A stretch of 64,000 nucleotides of DNA from Phoronis australis (lineage: Eukaryota; Animalia; Phoronida), in assembly GCA_002633005.1 (NCBI GenBank), contig NMRA01000894.1:36522-100521 (forward strand), read 5' to 3'. Position 1 is the first letter of the stretch. Each line of letters begins with the position of its first letter. The notes beneath the pieces are model-generated. The model searched no databases. It was not told the DNA's origin and worked only from the letters and a program-made list of their open reading frames with translations. The translations under genes and the position numbers were made by a program. Below are positions 1-12,700 of the stretch, piece by piece.

Positions 1-1333
1 TGTTGCTATGCTCACACTTGGTTGATAGCATTGTAAAAGTCTTGGTCTACACCAATTTTTTTATTAAAAATGCTCACTACAGAAGGCTGTTTTGTAAACT
101 TAGATATAAAAACCTTGGTCTATGGATTTTTTTGTAAAAAAATCTGTGTACTTGGGTGGATTGCTGGGGGTGGGGGGTTATGCGTCGGAACTATGGACGC
201 CCTGGAATATTGGGAACGTCATTTTGGACACCCTATTTCCGAAATCCTGGATAAAGCCCTGGCTGTACCCTCTGCCCCTTGCATACCTCACAAGCAAAGA
301 AAACATGAGCATTTGTGTGTGCAAACACAGAAGCGAAATATTATTAAACTTATGTCTAAATTTCTCGTTGTTTAGGAATAGACTGCATTTTGATCTGTAA
401 AGGATTATTTCGTGGTTGTGAGGAAGTTGGAACGATGTCAATGGGACTGGCAACTCTTGAGTAGTAGTATGCATTTTAAAGTTATTTTTTAGAGTGACGA
501 TTGAAGTGCTTTCTTTTATTTTGGATAGTAAAGAATTCCAGTTGTCATTACAAGTTAATATGGTAGATTTGCTGAAGGCTTGGCTGTGGGAAGATGGAAT
601 AGTGTGCATATTACTTTGCCGCAGTCCTGGTCTCGTGTTAGGTCTTTTGTAGGAGTCAAAGACGATTTTGTTTGAGTAATTGTTTATGTTGGTTAAGACT
701 ATGAATGTATACATGGACAAGTGGAGTTTACGACGGGTTGCTAGTTTGGTCCATTTGAGATTGTTTAGAACCTTGATTGTGTTGGATCCTTTGTATGTCC
801 CTGTTATGGCTAAAGCTGCTTGGTATTGTAGTCTTTATAATTGAAGAAGTATGCCAGCGTTTGCCGATTGGTAGATTATGTCACAGTAATCTAGATGTGG
901 AAGAACAAAAGACTTGAACAGAGTTTCAAGATGCATGGAGTTGAGATGACGAGAGACAATTCTAATTGGATTGTTTAATTTTTGTACTTTGTGAACGAGT
1001 TTGCGACAGTGATGAGTAAATGTAAGCTTATGGTCGAATAGCAAGCCAAGGTGTTTGTGCGTGAACTTGTTGGGGATAACTTCCCCATTGAGTGATAATT
1101 CCAGCACTGGATTTGTTTGGAATTGAGTATTATTAGACTTAGAAAATATAAAATATAAGATCAACACTTTTTTTCAGGTTTAAATTTTATCTTCCATTTG
1201 CAAGACCAGTCATAGGGTTTGTTTAGGTCAGTTTGCAATTGTAAGGAGTCATGGGGATTCTCTTTTGAGAATGGGAAGAAAATTGCAGCGTCATCAGCAT
1301 GAAAGAATGTTTTAGAGTTTATTGTGTCTGGAG

Positions 1334-1729
1334 CTTACTTTAAACACTTGATGGAACTGTGCTCAACCGCCATCTTCAGTTGGTCTCCTACTGTCCTTAA
1401 TGGTTTCGTCCCTAAACCAAGACCATCTCTAGTAGGCAGGACAACAGAGTTGATCACGCTCTGTCTGACGGTTGTTGGTGTTGTTGCTGTTGGTATTTCA
1501 TCCAAATCCAACAAGATGCCTGTTCAGCTTCAGTGGCTACGTCGCATAGCAGAGCCTTCTTTCCTGACATGGAGACGCCAAGGCACCTCGCCATGGTAAT
1601 GACCGAACTGGCCCGAAAACCCCGGCAGCCGACCTCCACAGGAAAACTCCAACATCTCCAGCCGTTAACATGACAGTCATTCCTAAGGTCTGCATATTTC
1701 AAGTTCTTTCGCTCGTGTGCCTCTTCCTC
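1334..1729 (-). mobile_element. 3' end of an RLE-type (HERO-like) non-LTR retrotransposon nested inside the LINE RT
   Basis: 'EEAHERKNLKYADL..GWRCWSFPVEVGCRGF..AEQASCWIW' matches the C-terminal restriction-like endonuclease signature of HERO/R2-group LINEs. Stop TGA at 1456-1454 is followed by a ~120-nt 3' UTR. The host RT reads YISD | insert | PDTINSKTFFHADD. Confidence 0.85.
1368..1443 (-). ncRNA. Candidate permuted/pseudoknotted hammerhead-like ribozyme in the HERO-type 3' UTR
   Basis: Minus-strand RNA: AUGGUC^UUGGUUU-AGGGAC-GAAA-CCAU-UAAGGACAGUAGG-AGACCAA-CUGAAGA-U-G. All hammerhead core nucleotides are present, stem III is AUGGU/ACCAU, stem I is UUGGUUU/AGACCAA, and stem II is minimal. 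Activity is untested. Confidence 0.55.
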
Positions 1730-4683
1730 ATCACTGATGTACAATAAAAAGAGTAAGGGGCCTAGTACGCTATCCTGTGGTACTCCACCATTTACAAAAC
1801 CTGGCGTTGATGAGCGAGATAAGACACCCTCTATTAGGACTTTGTAAGTTTGACATTCCAGATATGATTTTAAAAGTGAGAAGAGAGTTCTGGAAAAACC
1901 GTAAGATTGTAATTTATGTAGAAACAGATCATGGGGAACGGTACAAAAGCCGACGCAATGTCTAAGAATACGGATCTCACGTTGTATCCTTGCTCAAACT
2001 GGAGGTGGATTTCATGTACAATTTCTGTAAGTTGTGACACAGTGCTGTTACCAGGCATGAATCTGAATTGGCGACGATATATGAGGTTTTGTGAAGAGAT
2101 GTGGTCAAACATGTGTTGAGAAATTATTTTTTCTAAAATTTTGGATAGGGTGTTAAGTAGACCTATGGGGCGATAGTTGGCAATGTCTGTTTTGAAGTTC
2201 TTTTTGTGTATTGGTATCATAACACCAAGTTTTCAGTTCAAAGGAAATTTTCCAGATTGTAGTATTTTGTTGTATAATGTTGTCAAAGGAGCTGTAAGCT
2301 CTCTTGCTATTATCTTAATCATTTTATTGGTTATGAGATTGGTACCGTTGTTTTTGTTTTCGACAATATTTTCTAGTAGTTTTCGGACTTCAGAAGGTTG
2401 GTCTTGTATGTCAGAGAGATGTTCTAATGTTCTGTTTGGGAATTTGGGAAAGCTTGTTGTTGGTGCAACGTGATTCTTGGCCGTGAAGTATTCTAAAAAC
2501 AACTTTCTTTTTCAGCTTTGAATGATGCCTGAGTGTTGGATTCCTTTGAGTGGATGGTGGGGTATGAAGATTGCTTTACATGTCCTCAAATTTTGTTTAT
2601 TATATCCCAATATTCCTTTGAATTTTTGGAGACATTGTTGATGTTGGAGATAATTTTCATCTTATAGTCTTGTTTCGTCTTTTTGTTTAGTTCTTCCATA
2701 GTGAGATTCAATAATACATGTACACATCGTTGTGTACAATGGAGCACCCAGGACAGATTTAATGAAAAACCGTTTGTAATCATAAACTTACGTATTAAGC
2801 GCGATGACACTGTTACATCTATGCAGCAGTATGACAATAATAGAGGATGAACAAGAACTAGTTACAAAGACTGTGAACATGTGGACAGTAGCACCCATAA
2901 CTTGTAGTGCAGTGGTGAGGTATTGCACCAGTGTTCAATTTTTGGCTCAAAAGAAAGGCAAAATTGCCATGTAAGTCCGTAAAAGACATAGTAGCTATTG
3001 TTATTCTGTTATTGGTTGTAAAAATAGAACTTAGCAGTGCTATCGGAAAGCAAGGTTTGTTTGTAAACAGTCGTGTCCTTTACTGAGGTGCAATGAATGG
3101 TTTGTAATCATTTGGGTGTGCCCGCGTAACATCATGTACAAAGTATGCATGTATTTTCTCTTGACAAAACACCAGCAAAATGTGACAAAACAATGGCAAT
3201 AATTGCCATGAAGCTGAGTACCAACTTTGGCAGTGACAGGCCCTAACTGAAGTATATATGCGATGGATGGCAAAGGGAGTGAAATTAAGTCGACAGACTG
3301 ACACCCAGGCCATTAAGCAGACAGACTGACGTCACCAAGGCTAAACACCAGTATAAAACTGGCCAGCCTACCCCCAGCATCCGCGAAAAAATGGACCGCC
3401 GGGACACGAATAAAAATAACACTTTGAATCTACATAAAGACGCGGTGCACTATCTGGCACAAAGTTGGTGCCAAAATGGGTGCAACGAAAGTCTGTAGTG
3501 AAACGGAAGCGACTGAGTTCAAGTGAATTTTCCGTTTTATGTTATAGATAGCCCGAGTTTCATCTCAACAGGATATTGACAGCGTCTCAGCCTGGCGTGA
3601 TACAAATAAATCACTATTAATGGCTTCCAAAGGCAAAACCCAAATGGGACGTCGTGTTCAATTCAGCAAAACTTGTCTCTTGAAAGGAAAAGTTGCTACC
3701 GAGATATGCTGGTACAGAGCATTTGTATACAGGGAAAGTTATGAACCACTGTTCATCAGCATGCATTGATCAGGTTCATCGGCGTTTACTCCGCAGCTGT
3801 AATGGTAAAATTAGAGGTAAGTAGGCGCCTAAAGCCCATCATATCACCGTGAGCACTGAATTTCAAAGTGCATAGAACTCGTACAACCTGGCTCACAAAC
3901 ATGTAGGCTTATTTTTGACTCACGAGTGGGTATTTACAAAGAGTCTGCAGTGGCGGATCTTGGTCGGAGAAAGAGGGTCAAACCACACCTATTTGAAGCC
4001 AAAGGTCCGCATGCATTTCAAGTGGTCTCTGAAAGGTGCCCATGCATACAGGACAATAGGAGTGTCGGGGCCTTTGCCAACCCCTTTATCCACCTATGGT
4101 ACATGTGACACCATAATATGGCACAATAACTGATTTCTTATCTTGAATTAATAAAAATTCCATTACTCCACGAGCATATGCCTGGTGATAATGCACGCGG
4201 AAATGTTCGACAACAAATGCTGTCAGCATAGCGCATTGATGCAGTAAGGTATCGTATCGAGACTACGAAGAATTGTTCTTTCTCCCAATACCATTCACGG
4301 TGTCCTGTTTCGGTGACTTCGTAAGAAATTCGCAGTCAAAGCACAAAAATGTTCACAAAAAACCGACACACTTTTATCTTGGACCACTCGAGGTCAAGGA
4401 CGGTACAGAAATTGCTGATGAGTTACGGAAGTACTCAATAGTTTTTCTACTGGCGGCTAAGTGTACAGTTATCGACATCGTGACTTTACGCGACAAACCG
4501 GCAATTTCCGTACCGTCCTTGACCTCAAGCGGTCCAAGATAAAAGTGAAGCACCCGTGGAATTTCAAGTCCGAAGTGTCATACCTTGTAGTATTATATAT
4601 AGTGTATTGGGGACGATCAGAAGCTGAGGACGCCTATGCTATATACCGTCACATGTCATATGATCATTCATACGCATACGATA

Positions 4684-5524
4684 CGGTGCGTAGACTACAG
4701 TCAAGTGACCTAATTATCGGACGTTTTGGCACATTTTGCATTATATTTAATTGAAAATCACTACGGACTGTTGTAAATTCTTTGCTGAAATAAAGACTTA
4801 CCTTTATAGAATTGTTGTGTTACTATATCTTGTCACCGAAAGCCACATTTATGTTCCGACTGAACTTTAAAAAACACAACAAGCAAACCTTCGGAGAACC
4901 TAAATATCGGAAACCATGTTTCCCCATACGCCACACCGCGGAAAACTGACTAACCACGTAATGGCCGCGGGCACCTTGTAGCCAAATTTCAGCTCGAGTG
5001 TTTTCACATCTATGCTGCTAGAACACAGGTCCATTCGCAACAAACTTATCCATCAAATGAAATCTGATGACGGCGCCAAGTCATTTCGATGAATTAGCGC
5101 AGACGACTAAAGCACGTGCAAACAGACTGCAGTTTTTAGTATCACTTTGGCTTCTTGATATTACACCCGCACGTGCGCGGTCGGGGTTTGACTTGAGTTT
5201 AAAAACAAACGAAAAAATGGAACAGTGACATATTGTCAGTTCAATGAGAAAGTTTCATTGTGGAAAAAGATTTTATTTTCAACTTTTATAATCGATTTAT
5301 TCGATCGTCCATTTTAGGCCGACTTGGGGGTCTAAATTGCACCCTCTCTCGGTGAAATCAAAACGAGGCAACGCTGTAAAAAACGAGACGGTGCCGGACA
5401 TTGAATGCATTACAACGGAACAACAATTGGTGTCATTTAATTCTCAGATTATGCTTCAAGTAAGATTTTTTGAAATGTCCGATATTTAGGTTCCGTCCGA
5501 TAATTAGGTACACTATGTGTACCG
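4684..5524. mobile_element. MITE, Tc1/mariner(pogo)-like
   Basis: TA-flanked CGGT...ACCG ends with inverted ACCTAATTATCGGACG near both termini; a further internal inverted copy (~4893-4910 vs ~5478-5497). Confidence 0.6.
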
Positions 5525-5932
5525 TAGATGCTACGTCAAAATGAAAAAAGGTGGTTGCTGTGGTTGGATGCAACTACCTGCGCTTAATTCCCACTATACC
5601 GTAACTTACGGTGGGTAGGCGCTACATTGAAAAGCAAAAAGGTGGTTGGCTGCGTCTATGTGCGCTTGCGCCCCACTAAAGCACTGACTCTACCTTTCTA
5701 TCAGATCTATCCGCTCGTCTTTGCTAAGATGTCCCAGGGGAGTGCCAAATTGATTTTTACTTCCGGATGAAAAAATTTCACAGTGGATTTTTTTATCGAC
5801 AAATGATCAAAGAAGATGGAATTGAATCAGATCGTTGACCTTATTTAACAAATCACACATGATAAAATACAAAAGACAAACGTTTATAATTTTCGATGTC
5901 GATCAAGATGTGTATTATTATCCGCGCGCACA

Positions 5933-5941
5933 TCACATGAC
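5933..5941. promoter_or_regulatory. M-box/CLEAR-like (MITF/TFEB) motif upstream of CTNS
   Basis: TCACATGAC (reverse complement GTCATGTGA) ~720 bp upstream of the CTNS ATG. ETS motif ACTTCCGG at ~5759 and E-box CACGTGA at 6287-6293 are nearby. Motif match only. Confidence 0.3.
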
Positions 5942-6656
5942 CAGTCATCTGCTGATAGTAAACAAGGCGCGGGACGAGTAGATGAGGTGCTTCTTCAAAA
6001 TTGAGTCTGGAACCAACGCATCCTTCCTGTGTGGGACGTATATATTTTTAAAGCCAATTTGTTTCAGTAATAGTCAATGTGGACGGATTATGTGGAAGCA
6101 TTAGAACTGCAGTGCATAATGGTGTTATATCAAAACATAAAAAATCAAGGATCGCATCTTTACTCAAACTCGACAAAAACGAACTGATACTGTTTAGTGT
6201 CTAGTGATAGCCAGGGCCTCTTATGTCGAAGTGGTGACTGGATCTGATTACGTAATAAGTTATCCCTATCTACAATTGGATTAAACCACGTGATTCAGAT
6301 CCCCGGGACAGCCTACAGTTATCTGACTTTAGAAGCAGATAGTGGTTACAGAGATTAAGTGCTCTACAATCTACCCCCTCCCCCGTGGGATTTCTCTGAT
6401 CTGGATACTACTGTACAACTAGCCCTCCTCCACGATCTCGAGTCAAATCTCTGGATGAACTTGACCGAATGACCTGGCTTTTCAGTGACTGTGATTGTAT
6501 CTACAACAGAAGTTCACTCGGACTAATCATGCGTTACAGTATAACTGACAGTTTTATTTCTGGCTGATAAGAAGCTTGATTACTTGTTATAGTCAACAGG
6601 TCACGTTGTAGTGACAAGTTTTATAAATTGTGCCAGTTGAAGCAAATTATTGAGGG

Positions 6657-6759
6657 ATGGAGACAGTCGTGCTAAGTTTCAACAAAGCTGCTGCGTGTTT
6701 GTTGCTGCTTTTGACAACAGCATGCAATGTGGAGGTTCATTGTCTCGTCGATGAAGGAA
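6657..6759 (+). CDS. CTNS: CTNS coding exon 1 (signal peptide [23 protein letters not shown]..)
   Basis: ATG, hydrophobic signal peptide and donor GTACGT in phase 1, matching the next exon. Confidence 0.75.
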
Positions 6760-9700
6760 GTACGTTCTCTCCTGTTATCTGCCATGAAGTTCTTGTGCTT
6801 GAAAATTTTTAAACTTGCTGTAAACCTGTCTTCTCACTTTTGATGGGATCAGGCCACTTCAATATCTAGGGAAATCATACCCATTTCATTTTAAACAAGT
6901 GTTAAATTAGGATATTAAACCCTGTTTTGATGATTACAGCCAATCCTCATTCAGGCACTTCTAATGCATCATTGGCACCAGTCTTGAAAGATAAAAGCAG
7001 GAATCTACAAAAAATTATGCTATCTATGTCACACATTGAGTATTATGGTTCTTGGTGGCTGGTCTTTCTCCACAGTTGCCTTGCAATTCACTAAGAGCAT
7101 AGGCCACGCTTCCATTTTGCAGACGTTGAAATGGGTTCTTAAATTTTCCTTCCAACTTTTGAGGGTTGTCAAGAGTTATCAAGCATTATTTTGTTTCAGG
7201 GAATTGGATGGGAATGTCGTTTTTAACGTATTTTAGGACCAAATTGGGTTTGGTATCATTTAAGTAATGTTCAAATCAAAATAATCTTTGTATTTTTGTT
7301 AAATGGCTCAATGAAAATGAACATTATATAAGCCAAATGGTAGTTTATTAGGGTATGAGTTTGCCTGGGTTCATGTTGTTTGGTTTGGTCAGACTTGATT
7401 TAAATCAATGACCAGTGCTGTAAAACTGCTTACTCATGTTGCAAGTCACTTTGGCTTGAGAATTGAACCAACTTTTCATTTCTTGGCCTAAACCAACTTT
7501 TCATTTCTTGGCCTAAACCAACTTTTCATTTCTTGGCCTAAGACTCAAGGCATAAAATGATCCACCAGATCAAGCCGGCTTATTGAGGTGAAGGTGTCAA
7601 GCAGTTCTTCCAAAGATAAGAAATTAATTGGAGAAAGAGATCACATGTGGCCCAACTTTAGATTACTTGCTGGTGTTTGTCAGAAGGCAGGTTTTGAACT
7701 GTTTTAATTGTTGAAAATATTTTTCTAATTGAAATAGTTAAGTGTACTCAGCATTTAACCTGCTTAAAGTTCAACAATTTGCAATGCTTTTGTCAACTCG
7801 CAGTGATTTTGTGTTTGTTAGAAAGGATGTTTGTTACTCAAAAATGTGTTGGAGTCTCCCAACTACTGACCTTGAAATCTTTCTTGACAAAATACTATTA
7901 TGCTACTTATATAATGCGTGTTAAGCAGTCATCTATCATTGTTACAGATTCTACCAGAGCCAATACAACTGTACATTTTTCAACTTCAAGCATTGAACTT
8001 CAGCTTGGAAACTCGCAAAACCTAACCATAACACCAAGGTTTGTAATAGGATTTCATGGAAGACATTCTGAGAATGTAGCACACAACTGACAAAATTTCA
8101 GTATGAGGTAGGCCTACTCATTTTCATGCCCAGGTATTACATTGCTGTAGATTTTGAATGGGTGGATGGGACCCTTTATACTCTGTGTAATTATGTGTAC
8201 ATATTGAGATATATTTTAATTTTGAAGTAAATTTCATCTTAAAATTACTTAGTCCGAAAAGGTTATTGTATTTTTTATGTCAAATTTCAATGTTTATTTT
8301 TGCACTTTCCAAGGTTTCAATATTATTGGACTTAAATTTTCAAAATTTTTCTCGGTACAGACTCTAATTTTCATTTTACAAATGTACTTTTCTAATTTTA
8401 ACCTTCTATTAGTACTCTGAACTTTTTACAATTTGAAAGTCCTACACAGTAAGAATTGTGTTTTATAAAAATTATTGGATCTGCACAACTCAGTTACTGA
8501 GTGTGTTTGCATACGAAACTCATTGTCAGGCAGGAGTGTGCCTGAAGATTCATACCACTTGCGACAAAATGGATGCCATTTGAGGTCACTAAGCATACGA
8601 GACCATGTAATCTAACTCATGTTCAGTCTCAATGCTTTCAGTGTTGTCTGTGGCTACAATTGGACAGCTGCTCTGTGAAGTAAGCCCTCATCAGATTTCT
8701 TTCAGTTGTAATGAAATGAGCTAAGGATCATTTGTTGGTAGTCATTTTGTCAACACACTAGCTGCTTTCAGTGTGTCTATGTCTATGTCTACTATTGGAG
8801 AGCTGCTCTGTGGATTAAGCCCCATCAGATTTCTTTCTGTCAGTTGTAACGAAATGAACTAAAGATAATTTGCAGGTAGTCAATTTTACTAGTATGTATA
8901 GTCAAATTTTCAACAAATCATGATCAAAAAATGTAGTTTTCCTCTTCAGTCCCTCAAAACAACTACGAGGTTTAAGAAAATGCAATACTCTCAGCATGGT
9001 AGTTTCTAGTCAGCCTGGACACAAATATGAATGAAAAGCGTAATATATTTTTCTGTTTATTACGTTAAGACGTTAAGAATTTCATTTTCTGTACTCTGTT
9101 GCAGTTCACCTTTGGACAGAGATGCAGTTTTGATATTCAACTATCAAATCGACAAATCCATCGATCCGACCCAGGGGGCACATGTTGTCATTCGGCCACT
9201 AGAAAACATCACTATACCTGCCCTCTCAAGTCAGCCTGTGGTCGTATCCGTCAAGTCTAACAGTCCCGGTCATGTGACTATTGGTGTGAATTCGTCTTCC
9301 TCAGAACTTCACGAGTAAGCGAGAGGGAATTATTTTTTTTCCGTGCTTAGTGTAGAAACAAATGTCAGAGACCAGTTTTGTAGCCTTGTGACCATAAGTG
9401 ACAATTTATACACTCCTTGGTTATTCTGCTGGCATACAGCCTCACATTCACACGTTATACAGGCATCCAATCCATGCATGTGTGCGTACGTTGACTTAAT
9501 GTCAAATCAAGCTGAAAAGGACTACCATGACAAAACATCACAGGAACTACAACCACTTTTTGTTAGTCAGATCCAGCAATGTCGGCGGATTCACGCCATT
9601 GTCGTAGCCAATTGGGCTATGCATGTGTTTGGCACACTTGGCTTCGACGGAGGGACGCTTGCAATAAGTAATGATACACAGAAACTACGAAGGAGCTGAA

Positions 9701-12700
9701 AATTCTTGAGGCTCTACATATCAATTGGTGTAAGCACACCACAGGTTGTCATTGTTAGTCTAGTCTATTGTTACTCCCTTGTAACTGACTGTGTCTGTGT
9801 ATCATTACTTGGTGTTGGGCGTAGCAAGGTGGCCACTGTTTTTTCTTCTGAGGATGGTGTTTTAATAAACGCCGAAACATTTTTAAATCCATTGTTGTTT
9901 TTATTAACACATGCTGCTACCCCGGTACTTGCTATCATGGAAATTTGCTTAATCGTGGAAAGGCGTACTACTCTAAAGTCTGTGGTCATTTATTGAAGAT
10001 TTAAATGAATCTTCACTATGAATGGTAAAATCTTTTAGTGTATGAAATGGCGATCAAATGGAATTCTATTTTTGGATTTTTTATTAAAATAAAAAGCATG
10101 AAATGAATGCTTTGTCAATTTTAGGTCAATATGTAACTTACAACCATACATTGTCTTGACAAGTTGTATTCACAACATGTAACTTACAACCTTAGGTATT
10201 CACAACAATGCCAGAATCCTAAAAAAGGTGAAAATGTATTATATCTCAAATGTTTTTTTCCAAAATTGGTGAGATTTTACTGAATTTTAAAAGTGACAAC
10301 AACTTCATCAAATTCTGCCAAACGCTTTTCTGTACAACTGTAATTTTTTCCTATCTCCAGCTTGTACCAATCCTTCTGTAAAGTGACAGTGAAGCGCTCA
10401 CACGCTCTAGTCATTGTCAACCAAGTAATTGGATGGATCTACTTTGTCGCTTGGACGATTTCGTTTTACCCTCAGGTCATTGAAAATTTTAGAAGAAAAA
10501 GGTAAGTGAAATAATTCTCATTTAACGGAGAACTGCATGACTTGAGGAATACAAAGTCAATAAACTAATGTAATTGGCTACCTTCGTTACCAAAGATCAA
10601 ATTTCTTCAAGAACTTTTCACTATTATTGTATACCTAAAATATCCTTGATGTTCCCAACTCGAAATAGAACTCAAAAGTATTTTTCTCATTTTTGTTGTA
10701 CTTTTTGTGAACTCGATATAAGTGTCTATTGTATTCTGCTTAAGTACAACATTAGAGTTTACATAGGCTAGTGACCCCTAGATTAAAGGTACAAACTTGA
10801 GTAAAAACTCAAGATTTTGAGAAAACTGAAAATTTTGAGTTCATATTCGAAGTTAAAGCTTTAATTCTCAGGTGATCAAGTACAAGCTAGGATTAGACTG
10901 TGAACCACGTGAGCCATAAAGTAGTCTAGTACACAATAATGAACACTTATCGTGATATCGCACAAAATGAGAATGGAAAATATCAAAAATAATTTTGACT
11001 ACTAAGTTTAGGCCCTGAGTGGATGTTTGTGATCATGTGACTTTTTTCTCTAAAAATTGTACAAATTATGTTTCTGTTTTTATAGTGATCCATGACAGCG
11101 ACATCCTGTTGCCCCCATCTTGTTCGATTCTATAGCCAAACAACAAGTTGGGAAGTTTACCCCCATAGCCAATATCTTACATGACTGATTAACTCCATTC
11201 TGGCAGTTAGGGTTGGAGGGCCAGCTCCATGTTGTGAACACATCCACTAAAACAAGAAACTGTAGGAACACTGCATTTATCCACCTTCACTCTTATCAGG
11301 CTTCTATTGTGAGTCAGCATGCGTGAATAATTGGCTGATAAGCCACCTCTGGAACTACTTTGGGCTGAATGGATGACCAGGCCATAAAATGATAATTAGC
11401 CAAGACCAGTTACTATAATGCAACAAAGAACAANNNNNNNNNNNNNNNNNNNNNNNNNNNNNNNNNNNNNNNNNNNNNNNNNNNNNNNNNNNNNNNNNNN
11501 NNNNNNNNNNNNNNNNNNNNNNNNNNNNNNNNNNNNNNNNNNNNNNNNNNNNNNNNNNNNNNNNNNNNNNNNNNNNNNNNNNNNNNNNNNNNNNNNNNNN
11601 NNNNNNNNNNNNNNNNNNNNNNNNNNNNNNNNNNNNNNNNNNNNNNNNNNNNNNNNNNNNNNNNNNNNNNNNNNNNNNNNNNNNNNNNNNNNNNNNNNNN
11701 NNNNNNNNNNNNNNNNNNNNNNNNNNNNNNNNNNNNNNNNNNNNNNNNNNNNNNNNNNNNNNNNNNNNNNNNNNNNNNNNNNNNNNNNNNNNNNNNNNNN
11801 NNNNNNNNNNNNNNNNNNNNNNNNNNNNNNNNNNNNNNNNNNNNNNNNNNNNNNNNNNNNNNNNNNNNNNNNNNNNNNNNNNNNNNNNNNNNNNNNNNNN
11901 NNNNNNNNNNNNNNNNNNNNNNNNNNNNNNNNNNNNNNNNNNNNNNNNNNNNNNNNNNNNNNNNNNNNNNNNNNNNNNNNNNNNNNNNNNNNNNNNNNNN
12001 NNNNNNNNNNNNNNNNNNNNNNNNNNNNNNNNNNNNNNNNNNNNNNNNNNNNNNNNNNNNNNNNNNNNNNNNNNNNNNNNNNNNNNNNNNNNNNNNNNNN
12101 NNNNNNNNNNNNNNNNNNNGTACAGTTGTTAGGCTAGACTGTAATCAGCTGATCATATCCGCATGAGCGAAGTCAATTATCCTCGCTCGTGACTCGATGA
12201 ATAGAGCAGCTTGGCGGCATCCCTTTGAGCATGAGCCGAGCGCGTCTCAGCCAAGGTGGATAAATACGGTTTAGTTCAATTTTCCATACCCCGCCGTTTA
12301 CCTTAAACACCGGGGTTAGAACCAATTTTATTTAGTGGGAATGTTCATAGCATGCTCTTTTGTTCGATAATTGCTCTAATCTCCGATCAGATCATATCTA
12401 GCCTGACTGGGCTGGGCTGATAAAAATGAAAGTTAAGTTATAACATATTTGAGCTTAAACCAATAGCATTTCTGAATTCCTTATCAAATGCTGATCATGT
12501 TCCGTTTTTGAATCACCAAAATCGCCCAACTACAACAGAAGTAAGACAATTTATTCTGTCCAAAGGCACTGGGTTTACTGTGTTCATAGGCGTTTGGTTA
12601 TAGCGTGCAACCACCATACCTTTCCTTTGAAGCCTGGGAGATAATTGGCCTGCTTGTTATCATATGGGACAAAAGACTGAGCTGGGCAGTTAACAAAAGA

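Larger units (their letters stand above)
250..2700 (-). mobile_element. Decayed, 5'-truncated non-LTR retrotransposon (CR1/L2-group LINE) reverse transcriptase ORF, interrupted at 1334-1729
   Basis: Minus-strand fragments appear in the correct order: tether 'KEYWDIINKI' (2586-2700), 'PIHKK..NYRPIGLLNTLSKILEKII..VFLDIASAF' (1870-2220), 'VPQDSVLGPLLFLLYISD' (~1730-1783), 'FHADD' (YADD variant, ~1290-1305), 'HKHLGLLFDHKLTF..FVLPHLDYCDIIY' (835-1167) and 'WNSL' (~530). There are multiple frameshifts and stops. Ends are approximate. Confidence 0.9.

Noticed and set aside
3948-4098. Small hAT-like MITE with ends like 57597-58606
   Set aside because: Ends resemble that family but there is no TSD and similarity is weak; not supportable as a discrete feature.
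4414-4440. CTGATGAG hammerhead-like start (similar hits at ~5064, ~8690 minus strand, ~62862)
   Set aside because: No correctly placed GAAA/UH with closing stems, unlike the 1368-1443 candidate.
6000-6650. Additional coding exon upstream of CTNS
   Set aside because: Only short open stretches with stops and no recognisable homology; probably 5' UTR, intron or promoter.
11418-12137. 239-aa ORF
   Set aside because: Artifact of the N run.
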